64,000 nt of DNA from Utricularia gibba. Taxonomy: Eukaryota; Plantae; Magnoliophyta. Both the position numbers and the translations under genes were made by a program. The stretch covers positions 1 through 64,000 of the forward strand of contig NEEC01000144.1 in NCBI GenBank assembly GCA_002189035.1, given 5' to 3'. Positions 12,301-26,300 of the stretch are shown in pieces (the first letter of the stretch is position 1; every line of letters starts with the position of its first letter). The notes beneath the pieces are model-generated. The model ran no database searches, had not been told where the DNA came from, and was given only the letters and a program-made list of their open reading frames with translations.

Positions 12301-14812
12301 GGTTCGGTTCGACTCCTGAGCCCAATCGGGTCCTATTCGACGAAAATCGTGATGCATTTTTTGAAGTTAGGATGTCATGAGCACCCCAAATGGTTTTCTC
12401 AACCACAGCTTTTTTATTTGAGGAGGCGCTCTCGAGGGGCACTAGGATCGGGCCGGAGGTCGGTCGAACTCGGGCCCATAGTCATTTGTAGCCCGGCAAA
12501 AAAAGTGATCCATTTATTAACGTTGGGTTTTCGGCAGCTGCCTACATGGTTTCTGAAGGAAAAGCTTGTCGTTTTTGGGTGGGTGCTTTGTTCGGAACTT
12601 CGTCCGGACCCAAGGTTCGGTTCGACTCCTGAGCCCAATCGGGTCCTATTCGACGAAAATCGTGATGCATTTTTTGAAGTTAGGATGTCATGAGCACCCC
12701 AAATGGTTTTCTCAACCACAGCTTTTTATTTGAGGAGGCGCTCTCGAGGGGCACTAGGATCGGGCCGGAGGTCGGTCGACTCGGGCCCATAGTCATTTGT
12801 AGCCCGGCAAAAAAAAGTGATCCATTTATTAACGTTGGGTTTTCGGCAGCTGCCTACATGGTTTCTGAAGGAAAAGCTTGTCGTTTTTGGGTGGGTGCTT
12901 TTGTTGGGAATTCATCCGGACCCAAGGTTCGGTTCGACTCCTGAGCCCAATGGGTCCTATTCGACGAAAATCGTGATGCATTTTTTGAAGTTAGGATGTC
13001 ATGAGCACCCCAAATGTCCACGCTTTTATTTGAGGAGGCGCTCTCGAGGGGCACTAGGATCGGCCGGAGGTCGGGTCGAACTCGGGCCCATAGTCATTTG
13101 TAGCCGGCAAAAAAAGTGATCCATTTATTAACGTTGGGTTTTCGGCAGCTGCCTACATTGTTTCTGAAGGAAAAGCTTGTCGTTTTTGGTGGGTGCTTGT
13201 TGGAAAGTTCATCCGGACCCAAGGTTCTGTTCGACTCCTGAGCCAATCGGGTCCTATTCGACGAAAATCGTGATGCATTTTTGAAGTTAGGATGTCATGA
13301 GCACCCCAAATGGTTTTCTCATCCACAAGCTTTATATTTGAGGAGGCGCTCTCGAGGGCACCAGGATCGGGCCGGAGTCGGGTCGGGCTCGGGCCCATAG
13401 TCATTTGTAGCCCGGCAAAAAAGTGATCCATTTATTAACGTTGGGTTTTCGGCAGCTGCCTACATGGTTTCTGAAGGAAAAGCTTGTCGTTTTTTGGAGG
13501 GTGCTGTTGTTGGGAACTTCGTCCGGACCCAAGGTTCGGTTCGACTCTGAGCCCAATGGGGTCCTATTCGACGAAAATCGTGATGCATTTTTTGAAGTTA
13601 GGATGTCATGAGCACCCCAAATGGTTTTCTTGTCCACAAGCTTTATATTTGAGGAGGCGCTCTCGAGGGGCACTAGGATCTGGCCGGAGGTCGGGTCGAA
13701 CTCGGGCCCATAGTCATTTGTAGCCCCGGAAAAAAAGTGATCCATTTATTAACGTTGGGTTTTCGGCACCTGCCTACATTGTTTCTGAAGGAAAAGCTTG
13801 TCGTTTTTGGGTGGGTGCTTTCGTTGGGAAGTTCATCCGGACCCAAGGTTCTGTTCGACTCCTGAGCCCAATGGGGTCCTATTCGACGAAAATCGTGATG
13901 CATTTTTTGAAGTTAGGATGTCATGAGCACCCCAAATGGTTTTCTCAACCACAGCTTTTTATTTGAGGAGGCGCTCTCGAGGGGCACTAGGATCGGGCCG
14001 GAGGTCAGGTCGCTCGGCCCATAGTCATTTGTAGCCCGGCAAAAAAGTGATCCATTTATTAACGTTGGGTTTTCGGCAGCTGCCTACATGGTTTGAAGGA
14101 AAAGCTTGTCGTTTTTGGTGGGTGCTTTCGGAATTCGTTCGGACCAATCCGGTCCTATTCGAAAAATCGTGATGCATTTTTGAAGTTAGGATGTCATGAG
14201 CACCCCAAATGGTTTCTCCACAAGCTTTATATTTGAGGAGGCGCTCTCGAGGGCACCGGATCGGCCGGAGGTCGGTCGGCTCGGGCCCATAGTCATTTGT
14301 AGCCCGGCAAAAAAAGTGATCCATTTATTAACGTTGGGTTTTCGGCAGCTGCCTACATGGTTTCTGAAGGAAAAGCTTGTCGTTTTTGGTGGGTGCTTTT
14401 GTTGGAACTTCATCCGGACCCAAGGTTCGTTCGACTCCTGAGCCCAATGGGGTCCTATTCGACGAAAATCGTGATGCATTTTTTTGAAGTTAGGATGTCA
14501 TGAGCACCCCAAATGGTTTTTTCTTGTCCACAAGCTTTATATTTGAGGAGGCGCTCTCGAGGGGCACTAGATCTGGCCGGAGGTCGGGTCGAACTCGGCC
14601 CATAGTCATTTGTAGCCCGGCAAAAAAAGTGATCCATTTTAACGTTGGGTTTTCGGCAGCTGCCTACATGGTTTCTGAAGGAAAAGCTTGTCGTTTTTGG
14701 GTGGTGCTTTGTTGGGAATTCATCCGGACCCAAGGTTCGGTTCGACTCCTGAGCCCAATGGGGTCCTATTCGACGAAAATCGTGATGCATTTTTTGAAGT
14801 TAGGATGTCATG

Positions 14813-17800
14813 AGCACCCCAAATGGTTTTCTTGTCCACAAGCTTTATATTTGAGGAGGCGCTCTCGAGGGGCACCAGGATCGGGCCGGAGGTCAGGTCG
14901 GGCTCGGCCCATAGTCATTTGTAGCCCGGCAAAAAAGTGATCCATTTTTAACGTTGGGTTTTCGGCACTGCCTACATGGTTTCTGAAGGAAAAGCTTGTC
15001 GTTTTTTGGTGGGTGCTTTGTTCGGAAATTCGTCCGGACCCAAGGTTCGGTTCGACTCCTGAGCCCAATCGGGTCCTATTCGACGAAAATCGTGATGCAT
15101 TTTTTGAAGTTAGGATGTCATGAGCACCCCAAATGGTTTCTCAACCACATGCTTTTTATTTGAGGAGGCGCTCTCGAGGGGCACTAGGATCGGGCCGGAG
15201 GTCATATCGATCTCGGGCCCATAGTCATTTGTAGCCCGGCAAAAAAAGTGATCCATTATTAACATTGGGTTTTCGGCAGCTGCCTACATGGTTTCTGAAG
15301 GAAAAGCTTGTCGTTTTTGGGTGGGTGCTTTTGTTGGGAATCATCCGGACCCAAGGTTCGGTTCGACTCCTGAGCCAATGGGTCCTATTCGACGAAAATC
15401 GTGATGCATTTTTTGAAGTTAGGATGTCATGAGCACCCCAAATGGTTTTCTTGTCCACAAGCTTTTATTTGAGGAGGCGCTCTCGAGGGGCACTAGGATC
15501 GGGCCGGAGGTCAGGTCGGGCTCGGCCCATAGTCATTTGTAGCCCGGCAAAAAAGTGATCCATTTATTAACGTTGGGGTTTTCGGCAGCTGCCTACATGG
15601 TTTCTGAAGGAAAAGCTTGTCGTTTTTGGGTGGTGCTTTGTTGGAAGTTCATCCGGACCCAAGGTTCTGTTCGACTCCTGAGCCCAATGGGGTCCTATTC
15701 GACGAAAATCGTGATGCATTTTTTGAAGTTAGGATGTCATGAGCACCCCAAATGGTTTTCTTGTCCACAAGCTTTATATTTGAGGAGGCGCTCTCGAGGG
15801 GCACCAGGATCGGGCCGGAGGTCAGGTCGGGCTCGGCCCATAGTCATTGTAGCCCGGCAAAAAATGTGATCCATTTATTAACGTTGGGTTTTCGGCAGCT
15901 GCCTACATGGTTTTTGAAGGAAAAGCTTGTCGTTTTTGGGTGGGTGCTTTGTTCGGAAATTCGTCCGGACCCAAGGTTCGGTTCGACTCCTGAGCCCAAT
16001 CGGGTCCTATTCGACGAAAATCGTGATGCATTTTTGAAGTTAGGATGTCATGAGCACCCCAAATGGTTTTCTTGTCCACAAGCTTTATATTTGAGGAGGC
16101 GCTCTCGAGGGGCACCAGGATCGGGCCGGAGGTCGGTCGGGCTCGGCCCATAGTCATTTGTAGCCCGGCAAAAAAAGTGATCCATTTATTAACGTTGGGT
16201 TTTCGGCAGCTGCCTACATTGTTTCTGAAGGAAAAGCTTGTCGTTTTTGGGTGGGTGCTTTCGTTGGGAAGTTCATCCGGACCCAAGGTTCTGTTCGACT
16301 CCTGAGCCCAATGGGGTCCTATTCGACGAAAATCGTGATGCATTTTTGAAGTTAGGATGTCATGAGCACCCAAATGGTTTTCTTGTCCACAAGCTTTATA
16401 TTTGAGGAGGCGCTCTCGAGGGGCACCAGGATCGGGCCGGAGGTCAGGTCGGGCTCGGCCCCATAGTCATTTGTAGCCCGGCAAAAAATGTGATCCATTT
16501 ATTAACGTTGGGTTTTCGGCACCTGCCTACATGGTTTGTGAAGGAAAAAGGGAGTTGTCGTGGGTGGGTGCTGTTGTTCGGAAATTCGTCCGGACCCAAG
16601 GTTCGGTTCGACTCCTGAGCCCAATCGGGTCCTATTCGACGAAAATCGTGATGCATTTTTTGAAGTTAGGATGTCATGAGCACCCCAAATGGTTTTCTCA
16701 ACCACAAGCTTTTTATTTGAGGAGGCGCTCTCGAGGGGCACTAGGATCGGCCGGAGGTCAGGTCGGCTCGGGCCCATAGTCATTTGTAGCCCGGCAAAAA
16801 AAGTGATCCATTTATTAACGTTGGGTTTTCGGCAGCTGCCTACATGGTTTCTGAAGGAAAAGCTTGTCGTTTTTGGGTGGGTGCTTTTGTTGGGAATTCA
16901 TCCGGACCCAAGGTTCGGTTCGACTCCTGAGCCCAATGGGGTCCTATTCGACGAAAATCGTGATGCATTTTTGAAGTTAGGATGTCATGAGCACCCCAAA
17001 TGGTTTTCTTGTCCACAAGCTTTATATTTGAGGAGGCGCTCTCGAGGGGCACTAGGATCGGGCCGGAGGTCAGGTCGGCTCGGCCCATAGTCATTTGTAG
17101 CCCGGCAAAAAAGTGATCCATTTATTAACGTTGGGTTTTCGGCAGCTGCCTACATGGTTTCTGAAGGAAAAGCTTGTCGTTTTTGGGTGCTTTTGTTGGG
17201 AATTCATCCGGACCCAAGGTTCGGTTCGACTCCTGAGCCCAATGGGGTCCTATTCGACGAAAATCGTGATGCATTTTTTGAAGTTAGGATGTCATGAGCA
17301 CCCCAAATGGTTTTTCTTGTCCACAAGCTTTATATTTGAGGAGGCGCTCTCGAGGGGCACCAGGATCGGGCCGGAGGTCAGGTCGGGCCTCGGCCCATAG
17401 TCATTTGTAGCCCGGCAAAAAATGTGATCCATTTATTAACGTTGGGTTTTCGGCACCTGCCTACATGGTTTGTGAAGGAAAAGCTTGTCGTTTTTGGGTG
17501 GGTGCTGTTGTTCGGAAATTCGTCCGGACCCAAGGTTCGGTTCGACTCCTGAGCCCAATCGGGTCCTATTCGACGAAAATCGTGATGCATTTTTTGAAGT
17601 TAGGATGTCATGAGCACCCCAAATGGTTTTCTCAACCACAGCTTTATATTTGAGGAGGCGCTCTCGAGGGGCACTAGGATCGGGCCGGAGGTCAGGTCGG
17701 CTCGGGCCCATAGTCATTTGTAGCCCGGCAAAAAAAGTGATCCATTTATTAACGTTGGGTTTTCGGCAGCTGCCTACATGGTTTCTGAAGGAAAAGCTTG

Positions 17801-20384
17801 TCGTTTTTGGGTGGGTGCTTTTGTTGGGAATTCATCCGGACCCAAGGTTCGGTTCGACTCCTGAGCCCAATGGGGTCCTATTCGACGAAAATCGTGATGC
17901 ATTTTTTGAAGTTAGGATGTCATGAGCACCCCAAATGGTTTTCTTGTCCACAAGCTTTATATTTGAGGAGGCGCTCTCGAGGGGCACTAGGATCGGGCCG
18001 GAGGTCAGGTCGGGCTCGGCCCATAGTCATTTGTAGCCCGGCAAAAAATGTGATCCATTTATTAACGTTGGGTTTTCGGCACCTGCCTACATGGTTTCTG
18101 AAGGAAAAGCTTGTCGTTTTTGGGTGGGTGCTTTGTTGGGAAGTTCATCCGGACCCAAGGTTCGGTTCGACTCCTGAGCCCAATGGGGTCCTATTCGACG
18201 AAAATCGTGATGCATTTTTTTGAAGTTAGGATGTCATGAGCACCCCAAATGGTTTTCTTGTCCACAAGCTTTATATTTGAGGAGGCGCTCTCGAGGGGCA
18301 CAGGATCGGGCCGGAGGTCAGGTCGGGCTCGGCCCATAGTCATTTGTAGCCCGGCAAAAAATGTGATCCATTTATTAACGTTGGGTTTTCGGCAGGATGG
18401 TTCTGAAGGAAAAGCTTGTCGTTTTTGGGTGGGTGCTTGTTGGAATTCGTCCGGACCCAAGGTTCGGTTCGACTCCTGAGCCCAATCGGGTCCTATTCGA
18501 CGAAAATCGTGATGCATTTTTTGAAGTTAGGATGTCATGAGCACCCCAAATGGTTTTTGTCCACAAGCTTTATATTTGAGGAGGCGCTCTCGAGGGGCAC
18601 TAGGATCGGGCCGGAGGTCAGTCGGCTCGGGCCCATAGTCATTTGTAGCCCGGCAAAAAAAGTGATCCATTTATTAACGTTGGGTTTTCGGCAGCTGCCT
18701 ACATGGTTTCTGAAGGAAAAGCTTGTCGTTTTTGGGTGGGTGCTTTTTGTTGGAATTCATCCGGACCCAAGGTTCGGTTCGACTCCTGAGCCCAATGGGG
18801 TCCTATTCGACGAAAATCGTGATGCATTTTTTGAAGTTAGGATGTCATGAGCACCCCAAATGGTTTTCTTGTCCACAAGCTTTATATTTGAGGAGGCGCT
18901 CTCGAGGGGCACAGGATCGGGCCGGAGGTCAGGTCGGGCTCGGCCCATAGTCATTTGTAGCCCGGCAAAAAAAGTGATCCATTTATTAACGTTGGGTTTT
19001 CGGCACTGCCTACATGGTTTCTGAAGGAAAAGCTTGTCGTTTTTGGGTGGGTGCTTTCGTTGGAATTCATCCGGACCCAAGGTTTGTTCGACTCCTGAGC
19101 CCAAGGGTCCTATTCGACGAAAATCGTGATGCATTTTTTGAAGTTAGGATGTCATGAGCACCCCAAATGGTTTTCTTGTCCACAAGCTTTATATTTGAGG
19201 AGGCGCTCTCGAGGGGCACCAGGATCGGGCCGGAGGTCAGGTCGGCTCGGCCCATAGTCATTTGTAGCCCGGCAAAAAATGTGATCCATTTATTAACGTT
19301 GGGTTTTCGGCAGCTGCCTACATGGTTTCTGAAGGAAAAGCTTGTCGTTTTTGGTGGGTGCTGTTGTTCGGAAATTCGTCCGGACCCAAGGTTCGGTTCG
19401 ACTCCTGAGCCCAATCGGGTCCTATTCGACGAAAATCGTGATGCATTTTTGAAGTTAGGATGTCATGAGCACCCCAAATGGTTTTCTTGTCCACAAGCTT
19501 TATATTTGAGGAGGCGCTCTCGAGGGGCACTAGGATCGGGCCGGAGGTCGGTCGAACTCGGGCCCATAGTCATTTGTAGCCCGGCAAAAAAAGTGATCCA
19601 TTTATTAACGTTGGGTTTTCGGCAGCTGCCTACATGGTTTCTGAAGGAAAAGCTTGTCGTTTTTGGGTGGGTGCTTTGTTGGGAAGTTCATCCGGACCCA
19701 AGGTTCGGTTCGACTCCTGAGCCCAATGGGTCCTATTCGACGAAAATCGTGATGCATTTTTTGAAGTTAGGATGTCATGAGCACCCCAAATGGTTTTCTT
19801 GTCCACAAGCTTTATATTTGAGGAGGCGCTCTCGAGGGGCACTAGGATGGCCGGAGGTCGGTCGGGCTCGGCCCCATAGTCATTTGTAGCCCGGCAAAAA
19901 AGTGATCCATTTATTAACGTTGGGTTTTCGGCAGCTGCCTACATGGTTTCTGAAGGAAAAGCTTGTCGTTTTTGGGTGGGTGCTTTGTTGGAATTCGTCC
20001 GGACCCAAGGTTCTGTTCGACTCCTGAGCCCAAGGGTCCTATTCGACGAAAATCGTGATGCATTTTTTGAAGTTAGGATGTCATGAGCACCCCAAATGGT
20101 TTTCTTGTCACAAGCTTTATATTTGAGGAGGCGCTCTCGAGGGGCACCAGGATCGGCCGGAGGTCAGGTCGGGCTCGGGCCCATAGTCATTTGTAGCCCG
20201 GCAAAAATGTGATCCATTTATTAACGTTGGGTTTTCGGCAGCTGCCTACATGGTTTCTGAAGGAAAAGCTTGTCGTTTTTGGTTCGGAAATTCGTCCGGA
20301 CCCAAGGTTCGGTTCGACTCCTGAGCCCAATCGGGTCCTATTCGACGAAAATCGTGATGCATTTTTTGAAGTTAGGATGTCATG
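14813..20384 (+). repeat. Local trimer higher-order repeat (about 930 bp period)
   Basis: Monomers starting at 14813, 15742, 16365, 17297, 18239, 19157 and 20086 carry B-half AATCGGG, mostly with TTCGGAAATTCGT, CACCAGG and AAAAAATGTGA. All intervening monomers carry AATGGG(G)/AAGGG. Spacings are 929, 623, 932, 942, 918, 929. Confidence 0.75.
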
Positions 20385-23300
20385 AGCACCCCAAATGGTT
20401 TTCTCAACCACAGCTTTTTATTTGAGGAGGCGCTCTCGAGGGCACTAGGATCGGGCCGGAGGTCTCGGCTCGGGCCCATAGTCATTTGTAGCCCGGCAAA
20501 AAAAGTGATCCATTATTAACGTTGGGTTTTCGGCAGCTGCCTACATGGTTTCTGAAGGAAAAGCTTGTCGTTTTTGGGGGTGCTTTTGTTGGGAATTCAT
20601 CCGGACCCAAGGTTCGGTTCGACTCCTGAGCCCAATGGGGTCCTATTCGACGAAAATCGTGATGCATTTTTTGAAGTTAGGATGTCATGAGCACCCCAAA
20701 TGGTTTTCTTGTCCACAAGCTTTATATTTGAGGAGGCGCTCTCGAGGGGCACAGGATCGGGCCGGAGGTCAGGTCGGGCTCGGCCCCATAGTCATTTGTA
20801 GCCCGGCAAAAAATGTGATCCATTTATTAACGTTGGGTTTTCGGCACCTGCCTACATGGTTTCTGAAGGAAAAGCTTGTCGTTTTTGGGTGGGTGCTTTG
20901 TTGGGAATTCATCCGGACCCAAGGTTCGGTTCGACTCCTGAGCCCAATGGGTCCTATTCGACGAAAATCGTGATGCATTTTTTGAAGTTAGGATGTCATG
21001 AGCACCCCAAATGGTTTTCTTGTCCACAAGCTTTATATTTGAGGAGGCGCTCTCGAGGGGCACTAGGATCGGGCCGGAGGTCGGTCGGGCTCGGCCCATA
21101 GTCATTTGTAGCCCGGCAAAAAAGTGATCCATTTATTAACGTTGGTTTTCGGCAGCTGCCTACATGGTTTCTGAAGGAAAAGCTTGTCGTTTTTGGGGGG
21201 TGTTGGGAATTCGTCCGGACCCAAGGTTCGGTTCGACTCCTGAGCCCAATGGGTCCTATTCGACGAAAATCGTGATGCATTTTTTGAAGTTAGGATGTCA
21301 TGAGCACCCCAAATGGTTTTCTTGTCCACAAGCTTTATATTTGAGGAGGCGCTCTCGAGGGCACTAGGATCGGGCCGGAGGTCGGGTCGCTCGGGCCCAT
21401 AGTCATTTGTAGCCCGGCAAAAAAAGTGATCCATTATTAACGTTGGGTTTTCGGCACCTGCCTACATGGTTTCTGAAGGAAAAGCTTGTCGTTTTTGGGT
21501 GGGTGCTTTCGTTGGGAAGTTCATCCGGACCCAAGGTTCTGTTCGACTCCTGAGCCCAATGGGGTCCTATTCGACGAAAATCGTGATGCATTTTTTGAAG
21601 TTAGGATGTCATGAGCACCCCAAATGGTTTTCTTGTCCACAAGCTTTATATTTGAGGAGGCGCTCTCGAGGGGCACCAGGATCGGGCCGGAGGTCAGGTC
21701 GGGCTCGGCCCATAGTCATTTGTAGCCCGGCAAAAAAGTGATCCATTATTAACGTTGGGTTTTCGGCACCTGCCTACATGGTTTCTGAAGGAAAAGCTTG
21801 TCGTTTTTGGGTGGGTGCTTTCGTTGGAAGTTCGTCCGGACCCAAGGTTCGGTTCGACTCCTGAGCCCAATGGGTCCTATTCGACGAAAATCGTGATGCA
21901 TTTTTTTGAAGTTAGGATGTCATGAGCACCCCAAATGGTTTTCTTGTCCACAAGCTTTATATTTGAGGAGGCGCTCTCGAGGGGCACTAGGATCGGGCCG
22001 GAGGTCAGGTCGGCTCGGCCCATAGTCATTTGTAGCCCGGCAAAAAAAGTGATCCATTTATTAACGTTGGGTTTTCGGCACCTGCCTACATGGTTTCTGA
22101 AGGAAAAGCTTGTCGTTTTTGGGTGGGTGCTTTGTTGGGAATTCATCCGGACCCAAGGTTCGGTTCGACTCCTGAGCCCAATCGGGTCCTATTCGACGAA
22201 AATCGTGATGCATTTTTGAAGTTAGGATGTCATGAGCACCCCAAATGGTTTTCTGTCCACAAGCTTTATATTTGAGGAGGCGCTCTCGAGGGGCACTAGG
22301 ATCGGGCGGAGGTCGGGTCGAACTCGGCCATAGTCATTTGTAGCCCGGCAAAAAAGTGATCCATTTATTAACGTTGGGTTTTCGGCAGCTGCCTACATGG
22401 TTTCTGAAGGAAAAGCTTGTCGTTTTTGGGTGGGTGCTTTGTTGGGAATTCATCCGGACCCAAGGTTCGGTTCGACTCCTGAGCCCAATGGGGTCCTATT
22501 CGACGAAAATCGTGATGCATTTTTTGAAGTTAGGATGTCATGAGCACCCCAAATGGTTTTCTTGTCCACAAGCTTTATATTTGAGGAGGCGCTCTCGAGG
22601 GGCACCAGGATCGGGCCGGAGGTCAGGTCGGGCTCGGCCCATAGTCATTTGTAGCCCGGCAAAAAATGTGATCCATTTATTAACGTTGGGTTTTCGGCAG
22701 CTGCCTACATGGTTTCTGAAGGAAAAGCTTGTCGTTTTTGGGTGGGTGCTTTGTTGGGAAGTTCGTCCGGACCCAAGGTTCGGTTCGACTCCTGAGCCCA
22801 ATGGGTCCTATTCGACGAAAATCGTGATGCATTTTTTGAAGTTAGGATGTCATGAGCACCCCAAATGGTTTTCTTGTCCACAAGCTTTATATTTGAGGAG
22901 GCGCTCTCGAGGGGCACTAGGATCGGGCCGGAGGTCAGGTCGGGCTCGGCCCATAGTCATTTGTAGCCCGGCAAAAAAAGTGATCCATTTATTAACGTTG
23001 GGTTTTCGGCAGCTGCCTACATGGTTTCTGAAGGAAAAGCTTGTCGTTTTTGGGTGGGTGCTTTGTTGGGAATTCATCCGGACCCAAGGTTCGGTTCGAC
23101 TCCTGAGCCCAATGGGGTCCTATTCGACGAAAATCGTGATGCATTTTTTGAAGTTAGGATGTCATGAGCACCCCAAATGGTTTTCTTGTCCACAAGCTTT
23201 ATATTTGAGGAGGCGCTCTCGAGGGGCACCAGGATCGGGCCGGAGGTCAGGTCGGCTCGGCCCATAGTCATTTGTAGCCCGGCAAAAAAAGTGATCCATT

Positions 23301-26300
23301 TATTAACGTTGGGTTTTCGGCACCTGCCTACATGGTTTCTGAAGGAAAAGCTTGTCGTTTTTGGGTGGGTGCTTTGTTGGGAAGTTCATCCGGACCCAAG
23401 GTTCGGTTCGACTCCTGAGCCAATCGGGTCCTATTCGACGAAAATCGTGATGCATTTTTGAAGTTAGGATGTCATGAGCACCCCAAATGGTTTTCTGTCC
23501 ACAAGCTTTATATTTGAGGAGGCGCTCTCGAGGGGCACTAGGATCGGGCCGGAGGTCGGGTCGGGCTCGGCCCATAGTCATTTGTAGCCCGGCAAAAAAG
23601 TGATCCATTTATTAACGTTGGGTTTTCGGCAGCTGCCTACATGGTTTCTGAAGGAAAAGCTTGTCGTTTTTGGTGGGTGCTTTGTTGGGAATTCGTCCGG
23701 ACCCAAGGTTCGGTTCGACTCCTGAGCCCAATGGGGTCCTATTCGACGAAAATCGTGATGCATTTTTTGAAGTTAGGATGTCATGAGCACCCCAAATGGT
23801 TTTCTTGTCCACAAGCTTTTATTTGAGGAGGCGCTCTCGAGGGGCACTAGGATCTGGCCGGAGGTCGGGTCGGCTCGGGCCCATAGTCATTTGTAGCCCG
23901 GCAAAAAAAGTGATCCATTTATTAACGTTGGGTTTTCGGCACCTGCCTACATTGTTTCTGAAGGAAAAGCTTGTCGTTTTTGGGTGGGTGCTTTCGTTGG
24001 GAATTCATCCGGACCCAAGGTTCGGTTCGACTCCTGAGCCCAAGGGTCCTATTCGACGAAAAATCGTGATGCATTTTTTGAAGTTAGGATGTCATGAGCA
24101 CCCCAAATGGTTTTCTTGTCCACAAGCTTTATATTTGAGGAGGCGCTCTCGAGGGGCACCAGGATCGGGCCGGAGGTCAGGTCGGGCTCGGCCCCATAGT
24201 CATTTGTAGCCCGGCAAAAAAGTGATCCATTTATTAACGTTGGGTTTTCGGCACCTGCCTACATGGTTTGTGAAGGAAAAGCTTGTCGTTTTTGGTGGGT
24301 GCTTTGTTGGAATTCGTCCGGACCCAAGGTTCGGTTCGACTCCTGAGCCCAATCGGGTCCTATTCGACGAAAATCGTGATGCATTTTTGAAGTTAGGATG
24401 TCATGAGCACCCCAAATGGTTTTCTGTCCACAAGCTTTATATTTGAGGAGGCGCTCTCGAGGGGCACTAGGATCGGGCCGGAAGGTCGGGCTCGGGCCCA
24501 TAGTCATTTGTAGCCCGGCAAAAAAAGTGATCCATTTATTAACGTTGGTTTTCGGCAGCTGCCTACATGTTTCTGAAGGAAAAGCTTGTCGTTTTTGGGG
24601 TGCTTTGTTGGGAATTCGTCCGGACCCAAGGTTCGGTTCGACTCTGAGCCCAATGGGGTCCTATTCGACGAAAATCGTGATGCATTTTTGAAGTTAGGAT
24701 GTCATGAGCACCCCAAATGGTTTTCTTGTCCACAAGCTTTATATTTGAGGAGGCGCTCTCGAGGGGCACTAGGATCGGGCCGGAGGTCGGTCGTCGGGCC
24801 CATAGTCATTTGTAGCCCGGCAAAAAAAGTGATCCATTTATTAACGTTGGGTTTTCGGCAGCTGCCTACATGGTTTCTGAAGGAAAAGCTTGTCGTTTTT
24901 GGGTGGGTGCTGTTGTTCGGAACTTCGTCCGGACCCAAGGTTCGGTTCGACTCCTGAGCCCAATCGGGTCCTATTCGACGAAAATCGTGATGCATTTTTT
25001 GAAGTTAGGATGTCATGAGCACCCCAAATGGTTTTCTTGTCCACAAGCTTTATATTTGAGGAGGCGCTCTCGAGGGGCACTAGGATCGGGCCGGAGGTCG
25101 GGTCGAACTCGGGCCCATAGTCATTTGTAGCCCGGCAAAAAAGTGATCCATTTATTAACGTTGGGTTTTCGGCACCTGCCTACATTGTTTCTGAAGGAAA
25201 AGCTTGTCGTTTTTGGGTGGGTGCTTTCGTTGGGAAGTTCATCCGGACCCAAGGTTCTGTTCGACTCCTGAGCCCAATGGGGTCCTATTCGACGAAAATC
25301 GTGATGCATTTTTTGAAGTTAGGATGTCATGAGCACCCCAAATGGTTTTCTTGTCCACAAGCTTTATATTTGAGGAGGCGCTCTCGAGGGGCACCAGGAT
25401 CTGGCCGGAGGTCAGGTCGGGCTCGGCCCATAGTCATTTGTAGCCCGGCAAAAAATGTGATCCATTTATTAACGTTGGGTTTTCGGCACTGCCTACATGG
25501 TTTCTGAAGGAAAAGCTTGTCGTTTTTGGGTGGGTGCTTTGTTGGGAAATTCGTCCGGACCCAAGGTTCGGTTCGACTCCTGAGCCCAATCGGGTCCTAT
25601 TCGACGAAAATCGTGATGCATTTTTGAAGTTAGGATGTCATGAGCACCCCAAATGGTTTTTCTCCACAAGCTTTATATTTGAGGAGGCGCTCTCGAGGGG
25701 CACCAGGATCGGGCCGGAGGTCAGGTCGGGCTCGGCCCCATAGTCATTTGTAGCCCGGCAAAAAAATGTGATCCATTTATTAACGTTGGGTTTTCGGCAG
25801 CTGCCTACATGGTTTCTGAAGGAAAAGCTTGTCGTTTTTGGGTGGGTGCTTTTGGAATTCATCCGGACCCAAGGTTCGGTTCGACTCCTGAGCCCAATCG
25901 GGTCCTATTCGACGAAAATCGTGATGCATTTTTGAAGTTAGGATGTCATGAGCACCCCAAATGGTTTTCTCATCCACAAGCTTTATATTTGAGGAGGCGC
26001 TCTCGAGGGGCACCAGGATCGGGCCGGAGGTCGGGTCGGGCTCGGGCCCATAGTCATTTGTAGCCCGGCAAAAAAAGTGATCCATTTATTAACGTTGGGT
26101 TTTCGGCAGCTGCCTACATGGTTTCTGAAGGAAAAGCTTGTCGTTTTTGGGTGGGTGCTTTGTTGGGAACTTCGTCCGGACCCAAGGTTCGGTTCGACTC
26201 CTGAGCCCAATGGGGTCCTATTCGACGAAAATCGTGATGCATTTTTGAAGTTAGGATGTCATGAGCACCCCAAATGGTTTTCTTGTCCACAAGCTTTATA

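Noticed and set aside
20271-20295. Approximately 13-bp deletion of GGGTGGGTGCTGTT-type sequence
   Set aside because: Singleton; cannot be distinguished from read error.
22356-23267. 303-aa ORF made of 104-aa repeats, suggesting an array-long open frame
   Set aside because: The frame stays open only because these copies are 312 bp after homopolymer losses. In the corrected approximately 315-bp consensus all six frames hit stops (e.g. GAC TCC TGA and CAT TTG TAG on +; TTA/CTA codons give stops on -). There is no recognisable domain.
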